The notes beneath the pieces were generated by a model. The model saw nothing but the letters and a program-made list of their open reading frames with translations, was not told the origin of the DNA and did not search any database. A DNA stretch of 63,764 bases, the filler included. It is 7 parts of 7 records of this genome, joined end to end, with 100 filler letters (N's around TTAATTAATTAA, not from the genome) between each part and the next. Parts side by side here need not be neighbours in the genome. Positions count along the whole stretch, not along the records: positions 7,563 to 24,960 come from SRR31156797_8448; positions 25,061 to 33,995 come from SRR31156797_8461; 5 more parts are not named here. One strand, 5' to 3'. Below, one piece after another: positions 21,157-30,648 of this stretch (within the stretch, counting starts at the first letter, position 1; every line of letters starts with the position of its first letter). A program made the translations under genes and the position numbers.

Positions 21157-23754
21157 GTGCTTGAAGCCTACCGTAAACACGTCGAAGAGCGTGCTTCTGA
21201 AGGAGTTGTAGCTAAACCCTTAGACGCAGAACAGGTCGCTGGACTTGTTGAACTTTTGAAGAATCCCCCTCAAGGTGAAGAAGATTTCATTCTTGACCTA
21301 CTAGAGAATCGTATCCCGCCAGGTGTTGATGAAGCTGCTTATGTTAAAGCGGGTTTCTTAACAGCTGTTGTAAAAGGCGAAGTGACTTCTCCACTAGTCA
21401 GTCGTGCAAAAGCGGCGAAGTTGCTAGGTACTATGCAAGGTGGTTATAACATCGAGCCATTGGTTTCTTTGCTTGATGATGCTGAACTTGCCCCAATTTC
21501 TACTGAAGCTCTGTCACATACTCTACTGATGTTTGATGCTTTCTACGACGTAGAAGAGAAAGCAAAAGCAGGTAATGAGTTTGCTCAAAAAGTTCTTCAG
21601 TCTTGGGCTGATGCAGAATGGTTCTTATCTAAACCAAAACTTGAAGAAAAAATTACTCTCACAGTGTTCAAAGTAACAGGTGAGACTAACACGGATGATC
21701 TGTCACCAGCACCTGATGCTTGGTCTCGTCCGGATATCCCAGTTCACGCATTAGCAATGCTTAAGAACGAGCGTGACGGTATCAATCCTGATCAACCAGG
21801 AAGCATTGGTCCTATCAAACAGATCGAAGCACTGAAAGAGAAAGGTCACCAACTTGTTTACGTTGGTGATGTTGTTGGTACGGGTTCATCTCGTAAATCA
21901 GCCACTAACTCGGTGCTTTGGTTCATGGGTGATGACATCCCATACGTGCCAAACAAACGTGCTGGCGGTTACGTACTAGGCGGTAAAATTGCACCAATCT
22001 TCTTTAACACAATGGAAGATGCAGGCGCGCTACCAATCGAAGTTGACGTATCAAAAATGAATATGGGTGACGTGATTGACGTTTATCCATACGAAGGCAA
22101 AGTATGTAACCACGAAACGGGTGAAGTACTGGCTACCTTTAAGCTAAAAACTGACGTACTGATTGATGAAGTACGTGCTGGCGGTCGTATTCCACTGATC
22201 GTTGGTCGTGGTTTAACTGACAAAGCTCGTCAATCTCTAGGCCTAGGTGCATCTGACGTGTTCCGTCGTCCTGTACCTGTCGAAGACAGCGGTAAAGGCT
22301 TTACTCTAGCTCAGAAAATGGTAGGTAAAGCGTGTGGCGTAGAAGGTATTCGTCCAGGTACTTACTGTGAACCAAAAATGACCACAGTAGGTTCTCAGGA
22401 TACCACTGGCCCTATGACGCGTGATGAGCTGAAAGACCTTGCATGTCTTGGTTTCTCTGCCGACCTGGTTATGCAGTCGTTCTGTCACACCTCTGCGTAT
22501 CCAAAACCAGTAGACGTGAATACTCACCACACATTGCCAGATTTCATCATGAACCGTGGTGGTGTATCGCTACGTCCGGGTGACGGCGTTATTCACTCAT
22601 GGCTAAACCGTATGTTACTGCCTGATACAGTAGGTACCGGTGGTGACTCGCATACTCGTTTCCCTCTGGGTATCTCATTCCCTGCAGGTTCTGGTCTGGT
22701 TGCGTTTGCAGCCGCAACTGGTGTGATGCCGCTTGATATGCCTGAATCAATTCTGGTTCGTTTCAAAGGTGAAATGAAGCCGGGTATTACTCTACGTGAT
22801 TTGGTTCATGCGATTCCGTACTACGGTATTAAGCAAGGTCTACTGACTGTAGAAAAATCAGGTAAGATCAACGAATTCTCTGGTCGCGTACTAGAAATTG
22901 AAGGTGTTGAGCACCTGACCGTTGAGCAGGCATTTGAGCTTTCTGACGCATCAGCAGAGCGTTCTGCTGCGGGTTGTACGGTTAAGCTGTCTCAAGAATC
23001 AATCGAAGAGTACCTAAACTCTAACATTACTATGCTCAAGTGGATGATCGCTGAAGGCTATGGTGATGTGCGTACGATTGAACGTCGTATTAAAGCGATG
23101 CAAGAGTGGTTGGCTAACCCAGAGCTAATGAGTGCCGATAAAGATGCTGAGTACGCTCATGTTATCGAAATCGACTTGGCTGAAATCGACGAGCCAATTC
23201 TATGTGCGCCGAATGACCCAGATGATGCTCGCTTGCTATCAGACGTTCAAGGCACAGGTATCGATGAAGTGTTCATCGGTTCATGTATGACTAACATTGG
23301 TCACTTCCGTGCGGCAGGTAAACTGCTTGAGAAGTTCAATGGTCAGCTTGAAACTCGCCTATGGGTAGCTCCGCCAACTAAGATGGATCGCGATCAGCTA
23401 ACAGAAGAAGGTTACTACGGTATATTCGGTCGTGCCGGGGTTCGTATTGAAACTCCAGGGTGCTCACTATGTATGGGTAACCAGGCTCGCGTCGCTGACA
23501 AAGCTACGGTAATGTCTACGTCGACACGTAACTTCCCGAACCGTTTGGGTACTGGTGCGAATGTTTATCTATCTTCAGCTGAGCTTGCGGCTGTAGGTGC
23601 AATTCTGGGTCACATCCCAACGAAAGAAGAGTACTTGCAGTATGCCGAGCAAATTAATGCAACGGCTGGTGATACCTACCGCTACTTGAATTTCCACCGT
23701 ATGGCGGATTACACCAAGAAAGCGGATACGGTTATCTTCCAAGAGCCAGCATAA
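21157..23754 (+). CDS. acnB: Aconitate hydratase B
   Basis: [43 protein letters not shown]. Confidence 0.98.
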   Translation: MLEAYRKHVEERASEGVVAKPLDAEQVAGLVELLKNPPQGEEDFILDLLENRIPPGVDEAAYVKAGFLTAVVKGEVTSPLVSRAKAAKLLGTMQGGYNIEPLVSLLDDAELAPISTEALSHTLLMFDAFYDVEEKAKAGNEFAQKVLQSWADAEWFLSKPKLEEKITLTVFKVTGETNTDDLSPAPDAWSRPDIPVHALAMLKNERDGINPDQPGSIGPIKQIEALKEKGHQLVYVGDVVGTGSSRKSATNSVLWFMGDDIPYVPNKRAGGYVLGGKIAPIFFNTMEDAGALPIEVDVSKMNMGDVIDVYPYEGKVCNHETGEVLATFKLKTDVLIDEVRAGGRIPLIVGRGLTDKARQSLGLGASDVFRRPVPVEDSGKGFTLAQKMVGKACGVEGIRPGTYCEPKMTTVGSQDTTGPMTRDELKDLACLGFSADLVMQSFCHTSAYPKPVDVNTHHTLPDFIMNRGGVSLRPGDGVIHSWLNRMLLPDTVGTGGDSHTRFPLGISFPAGSGLVAFAAATGVMPLDMPESILVRFKGEMKPGITLRDLVHAIPYYGIKQGLLTVEKSGKINEFSGRVLEIEGVEHLTVEQAFELSDASAERSAAGCTVKLSQESIEEYLNSNITMLKWMIAEGYGDVRTIERRIKAMQEWLANPELMSADKDAEYAHVIEIDLAEIDEPILCAPNDPDDARLLSDVQGTGIDEVFIGSCMTNIGHFRAAGKLLEKFNGQLETRLWVAPPTKMDRDQLTEEGYYGIFGRAGVRIETPGCSLCMGNQARVADKATVMSTSTRNFPNRLGTGANVYLSSAELAAVGAILGHIPTKEEYLQYAEQINATAGDTYRYLNFHRMADYTKKADTVIFQEPA

Positions 23755-23798
23755 TCAGCTTTGAGACTAAGTTGATTGTTTAAGGCTTAGTTATTTTT

Positions 23799-23830
23799 AA
23801 AGGCCACCTTTCAAAGGTGGCCTTTTTATT
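23799..23830 (+). terminator. Intrinsic terminator after acnB
   Basis: AAAGGCCACCTTTcAAAGGTGGCC followed by TTTTTATT. Confidence 0.85.
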
Positions 23831-23902
23831 TGAACTAAGCTTGATGATATTGGGATCTTATAAATATACTCTGCGCAATATTAAAAGATTGGTATAAACA
23901 TC

Positions 23903-24274
23903 GTGGAATTTGAATTTACGAAAAATACATTTTTGGGTGAGTATCATGTCAGTTGCAACATGGAGCATCAGACTGTCGCACGCTGGTTACAGGAAGAGAT
24001 TGGTAAAGATCGCACAAAGATTGAGCAAGTGTTGTCGCTGTTGGAGAAGGTGCACCAAAGTCCAGCAAAAGAGTGGAAACTGACGGGAAAGGAGATCTCT
24101 CTGACCGTGTTAGGACGTGAAGTCACCGTTCAAGAAAACGCGTTGGCTTACAGCCATGATATTGAGTTTGAAAGTGAATTTGATCTTTATGATAGTGAGA
24201 GCAGTGCTGAATGTGGACTTGAAGATTTTGAATCGATGATTCGGCAGTGGAGTGAGTTTGTTCAGACCTACTAG
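23903..24274 (+). CDS. yacL: UPF0231 family protein YacL
   Basis: MEFEF..MEH..W and CGLEDF motifs; conserved position after acnB. Confidence 0.85.
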   Translation: MEFEFTKNTFLGEYHVSCNMEHQTVARWLQEEIGKDRTKIEQVLSLLEKVHQSPAKEWKLTGKEISLTVLGREVTVQENALAYSHDIEFESEFDLYDSESSAECGLEDFESMIRQWSEFVQTY

Positions 24275-24293
24275 CGAGATTACTTTTCAAGTA

Positions 24294-24310
24294 TGCACTT
24301 AAGTGGTGAA
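24294..24310. promoter_or_regulatory. Putative NtrC site 1
   Basis: TGCACTTAAGTGGTGAA resembles TGCAC-N7-GTGCA. Confidence 0.55.
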
Positions 24311-24336
24311 GAAAGGTAAAAGCGCATTATTTTTGG

Positions 24337-24377
24337 GAAAGGGTTGCACGATAATTGTGCGACCCTTTCTTTTTTTT
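24337..24377 (+). terminator. yacL terminator containing putative NtrC site 2 (24345-24361)
   Basis: GAAAGGGTTGCAC-gataatt-GTGCGACCCTTTC plus T8; the core is TGCAC-N7-GTGCG. Confidence 0.7.
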
Positions 24378-24404
24378 GGACTGATATCACACTAAGTTCT
24401 TTTA

Positions 24405-24417
24405 TATCAATAACTTA
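24405..24417 (+). promoter_or_regulatory. Putative IHF site
   Basis: TATCAA-TAAC-TTA matches WATCAR-N4-TTR and lies between the NtrC-like sites and the sigma54 promoter. Confidence 0.6.
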
Positions 24418-24422
24418 AAAAG

Positions 24423-24439
24423 TTGGCACGCACCTTGGA
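24423..24439 (+). promoter_or_regulatory. Sigma54 (-24/-12) promoter of glnK-amtB
   Basis: TTGGCACG-CACC-TTGGA versus consensus TGGCACG-N4-TTGC. Confidence 0.7.
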
Positions 24440-24446
24440 TTACTAG

Positions 24447-24827
<381 letters not shown>

Positions 24828-24852
24828 GAATCAGGGATTGGAGACAACTATT

Positions 24853-24960
24853 ATGGAACTGTCGGTAACTGTAGCGGAATTACGCTACGCACTGGATACA
24901 TTCTTCTTCTTAATTTCAGGCGCACTGGTTATGTGGATGGCTGCAGGTTTTGCAATGCTA
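24853..24960 (+). CDS. amtB: Ammonium transporter, 5' fragment (not in the ORF track)
   Basis: MELSVTVAELRYALDTFFFLISGALVMWMAAGFAML carries the Amt N-terminal signature; GGAG RBS; directly after glnK. Confidence 0.88.
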
Positions 24961-25060
24961 NNNNNNNNNNNNNNNNNNNNNNNNNNNNNNNNNNNNNNNN
25001 NNNNTTAATTAATTAANNNNNNNNNNNNNNNNNNNNNNNNNNNNNNNNNNNNNNNNNNNN
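24961..25060. other. Artificial contig spacer
   Basis: N-run with TTAATTAATTAA. Confidence 0.98.
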
Positions 25061-25074
25061 GTATCAAAAAGAAA

Positions 25075-26106
25075 CTAAAATTTATCTAAATATACATCTT
25101 CTCTTTTATAAACATCCATTCGGATTATTCTCGAATCTATATTTTGCTTATCAATTATACTCATTCTATCATTTATGAGATATGCTGGCACATCATATTT
25201 TCCGTTATTAATAGTTGCATTGGAGTAGATCTGTTTACCTTCTGCAATATTTACAGCAGTTACTCCTACAAATGATGCTAACCTGAGGAAATCTTTGAAC
25301 ACAGTTGCTCTCTGTGTTCCCTCAACTATTCGCTGACATGCAGACAGATCAGCATCATGACCAACAACAGGAAGCAATTTATTACTCTCTATTAAAGCCG
25401 TAATTGCACCTTCTGCCAAGATATCATTTCCCGCAATTACCGCGTCAAACTTTTTTCCTTCTGATAATAATCTATTAATCTCATTATACGAAGAGGTTTC
25501 TCGCCAATCTTTTGCCCATATATCCTCAACTATCTCTATTTGTCCATTTTCTATAAATGGTAATAATTTATTTTTAATTCCTTCATGATAATTAAAACTA
25601 TTTTCATCACTTTTTGGTCCGTTAATTATTAAAAATTTTCCCTGTTTTACTTCATTTAGCATTGATTCAGCTATTAGCTCTCCTACTTTTACAGTATTAA
25701 ATGATATATAGAGATCAACAGGAGCATCAACTATCATTCTGTCATAAGCTATGATTTTTACTCGTTTTTTCCGAGCATATTTCAGAGCTTTAGTAAGAGT
25801 ATCTTTTGAATCGGGTATAATAATAATTACATCCATTCCCATATCTACCAGTTCACGAATCTGTTTATTCTGCAATTCAGGATTATCATGAGCATATTTT
25901 ATAGATACCTCTCCGCCTTTTTCCTCTATAGTTTTTATCAGAATATCTCTGTCTTTTTGCCATCTGTCCAGTACAAGTGAACCCATTGAGAGACCTATCT
26001 TTATCTCATCATCTTTTGCTTGATTACACGAAGAAAACATAAGTATAATAATCAATAAAAACAGTATATTCAACTTATTAAATAAATAATTTGGCGAACT
26101 TCTCAT
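25075..26106 (-). CDS. XylF-like sugar-binding lipoprotein
   Basis: Lipobox-like FSSC; DRWQKDRD, IAYDR, GHDADL motifs of XylF/ChvE-type binding proteins. Confidence 0.85.
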   Translation of the reverse strand: MRSSPNYLFNKLNILFLLIIILMFSSCNQAKDDEIKIGLSMGSLVLDRWQKDRDILIKTIEEKGGEVSIKYAHDNPELQNKQIRELVDMGMDVIIIIPDSKDTLTKALKYARKKRVKIIAYDRMIVDAPVDLYISFNTVKVGELIAESMLNEVKQGKFLIINGPKSDENSFNYHEGIKNKLLPFIENGQIEIVEDIWAKDWRETSSYNEINRLLSEGKKFDAVIAGNDILAEGAITALIESNKLLPVVGHDADLSACQRIVEGTQRATVFKDFLRLASFVGVTAVNIAEGKQIYSNATINNGKYDVPAYLINDRMSIIDKQNIDSRIIRMDVYKREDVYLDKF

Positions 26107-26138
26107 TTTCTTCTCCTTTGACTGACTTTGTAATCTCT

Positions 26139-27704
26139 CTATAGATTATAATTTTTCCTGTACTGTTTTGGTGTAAATTTAGTCCATTTTTTAAATATTC
26201 TTGAGAAATAGTTTGGATCATTATAACCAACTTCAAATGCTATCTCTTTTACATTCATACTGCTTTTTTCCAGTAGTTCTATAGCCTGATTTACTCTGAT
26301 TTCGTTTAAATAATCAATATAGTTTTTACCTAACTCCTCTTTGAATAATTTACTCAGATATTGCGGACTGATAAACTGCTCAGCTGCAATTTCCTCTAGG
26401 GATATCTCTGATTTGAAATTCTTTTTTAGATAATTAATAGTATATTTTACATATTCCGAATAAGAGTTTTCCGAAGTTTCACTTTGAATTTTTCTTATTA
26501 ATTCACACTTTTTAATAAAAAATGACTTAATTTTTTTATCATTTTCCAATAAAAACATCTCACTAATATCATTATTATTTATAATCAAAGTATTATCGCT
26601 ATCAGTTTCAAATTGAGTTTCAATATCGATTAATAATTTAATAATAAAAGTCTGCAATATTTTAATTTTATTATTAGCTTGTTTTTTTAGAAAATCATAG
26701 TTTTTATCAAAAAAATTCTCCAATTCTGCTTCTTCTAAACTATTCAAAGCACTTGTAAATTCATCACTGAAAGTATAAATATCAAATACTTCTTCATCAC
26801 TGCTTTCAATATCAGGGAAATAGTTTAACTCCTCTTCTCCCAATAGTATCGCTCTATTTGCTTCATCAAATGACAATGTTAGTTTATCAATAGTTTTATT
26901 CGAACCAATACCTATTCTAAATTTTAGCTCACTAATTGATCTAAGACTATCAGCTGTATTTTCCGCCAATTTAACCGAAACTATTCTATCAAAATAATCA
27001 GTTTTTTTCTTTCGCTCCATTACAAACATAATGATTTTATTATCAATTATTGATCCGTAAATACACTTTGTTGAGTCAATTCTATCTCTTAGTGCTGAGC
27101 TGACTCTATTAAGTTCTTCACGAAAGTTATCTTGATTTTCATTCATGAAATTTACTATCAATATATAACCTTCCCGCTCATCCAGATTCAGCAGATCAAA
27201 ATATCTCTCTCGCTCCATTATAGAGTGCTCTTTGAACATAATATTATACATCAGATTATCTTTTGCCATTGGTGAAAACATCTCGGCTCTTTCACGAAGT
27301 TTAAGATTTTCCATTCTTTTTAATCTATTATTATCAACTTTTTCAAAAGCATCAAGTGTAATCTCAATTAACTTCTCCTTTTTCAAGGGCTTCAATATAT
27401 AATCTATTACACCAAGCTGAATCGCTTCTTTTGCAAAGCTGAATTTATCATAGGCAGAGATAATATAGTACTCAGCATTGGAAACCACTTTTTTTATCTC
27501 CTTAATAGCATCCAGTCCTTTGATTCCGGGAATATTGATATCCATATACACGATATCGGGATTGAAATCTATAGCTTGCTCTATGGCTTTAATACCTGAT
27601 TTGGCTGTTCTCAGCTCTATCTCATCACCAAAGTTTTTGTTCAAAATATGAGTCATAGAATCTACAACTATTTGTTCATCGTCTACAATTAGCAGTTTGT
27701 ACAT
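26139..27704 (-). CDS. YesN-type response regulator (REC plus AraC HTH)
   Basis: LIVDDE, MDINIPG, ILKP; C-terminal YLSKLFK..VGYNDPNYFSRIFKK. Confidence 0.92.
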   Translation of the reverse strand: MYKLLIVDDEQIVVDSMTHILNKNFGDEIELRTAKSGIKAIEQAIDFNPDIVYMDINIPGIKGLDAIKEIKKVVSNAEYYIISAYDKFSFAKEAIQLGVIDYILKPLKKEKLIEITLDAFEKVDNNRLKRMENLKLRERAEMFSPMAKDNLMYNIMFKEHSIMERERYFDLLNLDEREGYILIVNFMNENQDNFREELNRVSSALRDRIDSTKCIYGSIIDNKIIMFVMERKKKTDYFDRIVSVKLAENTADSLRSISELKFRIGIGSNKTIDKLTLSFDEANRAILLGEEELNYFPDIESSDEEVFDIYTFSDEFTSALNSLEEAELENFFDKNYDFLKKQANNKIKILQTFIIKLLIDIETQFETDSDNTLIINNNDISEMFLLENDKKIKSFFIKKCELIRKIQSETSENSYSEYVKYTINYLKKNFKSEISLEEIAAEQFISPQYLSKLFKEELGKNYIDYLNEIRVNQAIELLEKSSMNVKEIAFEVGYNDPNYFSRIFKKWTKFTPKQYRKNYNL

Positions 27705-27759
27705 GGGCTGTTTTCTCCTCTACCTTAATTCAAAAAATTAGAATTCTAAAAATTTATTT

Positions 27760-27891
27760 TTTGGCCACGTATGCACACTGATTTACACGGATTAAAAACC
27801 AGATTCAAAGAAAAATACTTCTAAGAATTAAGTTTAATTAATTATATTTTTTGACTTTATCTGTGTTCATCCGTGTTAATCTGTGGCCAAA
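27760..27891. repeat. Inverted-repeat element with 10-bp-periodic arms (MITE/REP-like)
   Basis: Left arm TTTGGCCACGTATGCACACTGATTTACACGGAT; reverse complement of the right arm is TTTGGCCACAGATTAACACGGATGAACACAGAT. Confidence 0.65.
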
Positions 27892-27900
27892 TTATGCCTT

Positions 27901-29385
27901 TTAAATCTTCTTTATTTTAACAATAATCTTCGTTCCAATATTCCCTTCACCTTGCTCAATTGATAATACATCTTTCTGAAAATAGAGTCTTAATCTTTGA
28001 ATAACATTTCTAATCCCAATCCCGTGACCTTTAGTTGATTTCAGTTCTTCATCACCAAATATCTCGTTTATCTTTTCATCACTAATTCCCGCACCGTTAT
28101 CTTCTATTATGATTTTTATATAGTTTTCATAAGAATCAACTATGATTTTTATAATACCTCCCTCTTCTATCTCTTTTATTCCATGCATAAATGCATTTTC
28201 AATCAAGGGTTGAAGAGTAAAAAGGGGTAGTTTAATTTTATCAATGTTTTCTATATGATTTTCAATTTTAAATTTAAAGAAATCACCAAATCTGATTTTC
28301 AATATATAAATATAGTTCTCTACATTTCGCAGTTCCTCTTCCAAACTTACAACTTTATTTATATCTTTTAGATTGTATCTGAATATCTCACTTAATTTTT
28401 CCAGAAACTTCTCAGTTCTTTCAGCGTCTTCGAACATTGCTAGTTGAACTCCGGCATTTAGTGTATTAAATAAAAAGTGCGGATTGATTTGTGCCTGAAG
28501 TGCTTTTAGTTCAGCACTCTTAAGTGAGTTTTTCATCTCCAAGTATTCAACTTTTTGTTTATTAAACTCTGCTTCTTTTTTTGCATTTTCCTGAATGGTA
28601 ATTATGGATTCATTAATATTATGCTTCATGGTATTTATAGTTTCAGCCAGTTGCTCCAGTTCATCATTTGTCTCGACATTTACATCTTCCACAGACAACT
28701 CACCTGCTGATATCTTTTCAGCATTTTCATTAAGTTTTAGGATAGGTCTGGTGAATTCAAAACTATACCATACATCAAACATTATACTTATAAAAAACAC
28801 CAGAATAATTATTGCCAAATCAATAAGTATGAGTGTTCCCAAATTTCCGCTTAATTTGAGATAACCGGAAGTGTTTAACTTAAACTGAATATCATTTAAT
28901 ATCTGTAATTTATAATCAATATATCCGGATATTTTCTTGGATAATATATAACTGTCAGTGTACTCGTTAGTTTTACGACTTCTCTTATCATTTACCGCTT
29001 GCTCTGAGTTGCTGAGATACTCATTAGTGAGGTTTATTACATCATTTAAGATAATATTACCCTCTTCGCTAAATATGCTCCTGTTAACCAGCTCAATCTG
29101 CGCACGGAGTTCTGAATCAACTGAGAAAAATTTATACAAACTATCCGAACTTTTCGTGGATAAATAATCATATAGATAGTTATCAAGTTTAGACAAGTTA
29201 TCTGAATATTTCTCCAGATACACATTTTTCTCGAAGAGATAATCGATATTAGTAGATGTATTTTTTATAATCAGAAAATTCATCAGTGCTGTGACAGCCA
29301 TCAACATTGTGATAGAGAAAGTATAAAACAGCATCTTTTGACGAATTGATTTAAATTTTAATTTATACGGAACTTTTCTTTCCAT
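27901..29385 (-). CDS. YesM/LytS-type sensor histidine kinase
   Basis: Two TM segments, HAMP, LQAQINPHFLFNTLN, LQPLIENAFMHG, DNGAG, GIGIRN. Confidence 0.93.
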   Translation of the reverse strand: MERKVPYKLKFKSIRQKMLFYTFSITMLMAVTALMNFLIIKNTSTNIDYLFEKNVYLEKYSDNLSKLDNYLYDYLSTKSSDSLYKFFSVDSELRAQIELVNRSIFSEEGNIILNDVINLTNEYLSNSEQAVNDKRSRKTNEYTDSYILSKKISGYIDYKLQILNDIQFKLNTSGYLKLSGNLGTLILIDLAIIILVFFISIMFDVWYSFEFTRPILKLNENAEKISAGELSVEDVNVETNDELEQLAETINTMKHNINESIITIQENAKKEAEFNKQKVEYLEMKNSLKSAELKALQAQINPHFLFNTLNAGVQLAMFEDAERTEKFLEKLSEIFRYNLKDINKVVSLEEELRNVENYIYILKIRFGDFFKFKIENHIENIDKIKLPLFTLQPLIENAFMHGIKEIEEGGIIKIIVDSYENYIKIIIEDNGAGISDEKINEIFGDEELKSTKGHGIGIRNVIQRLRLYFQKDVLSIEQGEGNIGTKIIVKIKKI

Positions 29386-29399
29386 AATTTTGCTCCTAT

Positions 29400-30335
29400 T
29401 TATTCAAGTGTTTTTAATTTCAAATGAACTATACTTCTATAACTTTCATGTTGCCTTAGATAATAAAGATTCTCAACAGCATTTTGTCCCAATTTATGAA
29501 AATCAGCAATCACTGTATAATCGATCAGTTTTTTATTAAGATACTTCTCAACTTCTGTAGAATATCCAAAATTTAGCACAGATATCTCATGAATTCTATT
29601 AGTATCTATCAGGGCTCTAATCGTTCCTGAAGCTATATTCGGACTTAGACAAATAAAAGTATTAACTTCCGGATATCTCTTGAGTATACTAAATGTAATA
29701 TCCTCTGCACTCAAGGCTCCAAACTCAACCTCTTCAAATACTAAGTATGAAGTTTTTATGGTTTTCTTTTTATAATTTAATCCTTTTATGAATTTTTCCT
29801 TATCAACTATAGAGCTTTCTTCATCCTGAAAAATAAAAGCAACATTTAATTCAGCTAAACCCTTTTTATTCTTATTAAGTAAATTATCAAACTCTGCTCC
29901 AACATCAAAGCTATTTAAACCGTTATAACCGAACTTTTGAGGCTGCTCTATATCTGTCAGTAGAGTTAATATAGGTAATTTTTCATTAAATGCTCTATCC
30001 ATTAATTTCAAAGTTTCTTTATCACTATCAGGTGCAAGAATAATGCCATCTGATCTGGAAAGTATACTCATATCTAAGAAGTCGCTAATTCCATAGCTGC
30101 TTTTAGATTTATCGGGGATGCTGAAATTAAGAGATACATTTAGATCCTTAGCAGCAATCTCCATTCCCTTTAGGAGCTCATCTCTAAAACTATTCTCTAG
30201 ATCATTCATGATAACAGAAAAATTATATTTATAATTCCTCTCTTCATCACTTCTGATACTACTATTTATTTTGAATAAAACTATTATTAAAAATATCACT
30301 GCTAATAATAGTGCGTAAAAAGTTCTCTTCATCAT
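29400..30335 (-). CDS. Membrane-anchored sugar-binding protein (XylFII-like accessory sensor)
   Basis: N-terminal hydrophobic anchor and periplasmic-binding-protein-like fold (GMEIAAKDLNV, DGIILAP); first gene before the kinase. Confidence 0.7.
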   Translation of the reverse strand: MMKRTFYALLLAVIFLIIVLFKINSSIRSDEERNYKYNFSVIMNDLENSFRDELLKGMEIAAKDLNVSLNFSIPDKSKSSYGISDFLDMSILSRSDGIILAPDSDKETLKLMDRAFNEKLPILTLLTDIEQPQKFGYNGLNSFDVGAEFDNLLNKNKKGLAELNVAFIFQDEESSIVDKEKFIKGLNYKKKTIKTSYLVFEEVEFGALSAEDITFSILKRYPEVNTFICLSPNIASGTIRALIDTNRIHEISVLNFGYSTEVEKYLNKKLIDYTVIADFHKLGQNAVENLYYLRQHESYRSIVHLKLKTLE

Positions 30336-30587
30336 GATAGCCTTTCCTATAAAATCTATAAATTACATAGCAATAAGAGTCTATTATATTAAAATCCAAA
30401 AGTCAATGGAGCTGAGTTCGCCTTAAATTTACTGAGAGCTCTGTAAGTATTGTTTTTATTGGTATATAGCTTAATTAATCAACACAAATTATTTTTAAAC
30501 TGACTTTAAAAACTTTTGGTGATATTTTTAATTACACATTGTTCTATTGATCAGACTATAATATTTTCATGAAAAGTTATAGTATTG

Positions 30588-30625
30588 AAAAAAATAATGG
30601 AAGCCTCGTAAAAACAAGACTTCCA
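30588..30625 (-). terminator. Intrinsic terminator after the GH13 gene
   Basis: Minus strand TGGAAGTCTTGT-tttt-ACGAGGCTTCCA (G-U pairs fit this strand only) followed by TTATTTTTTT. Confidence 0.75.
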
Positions 30626-30648
30626 CTTTTTATAAAATTTTGACTATT

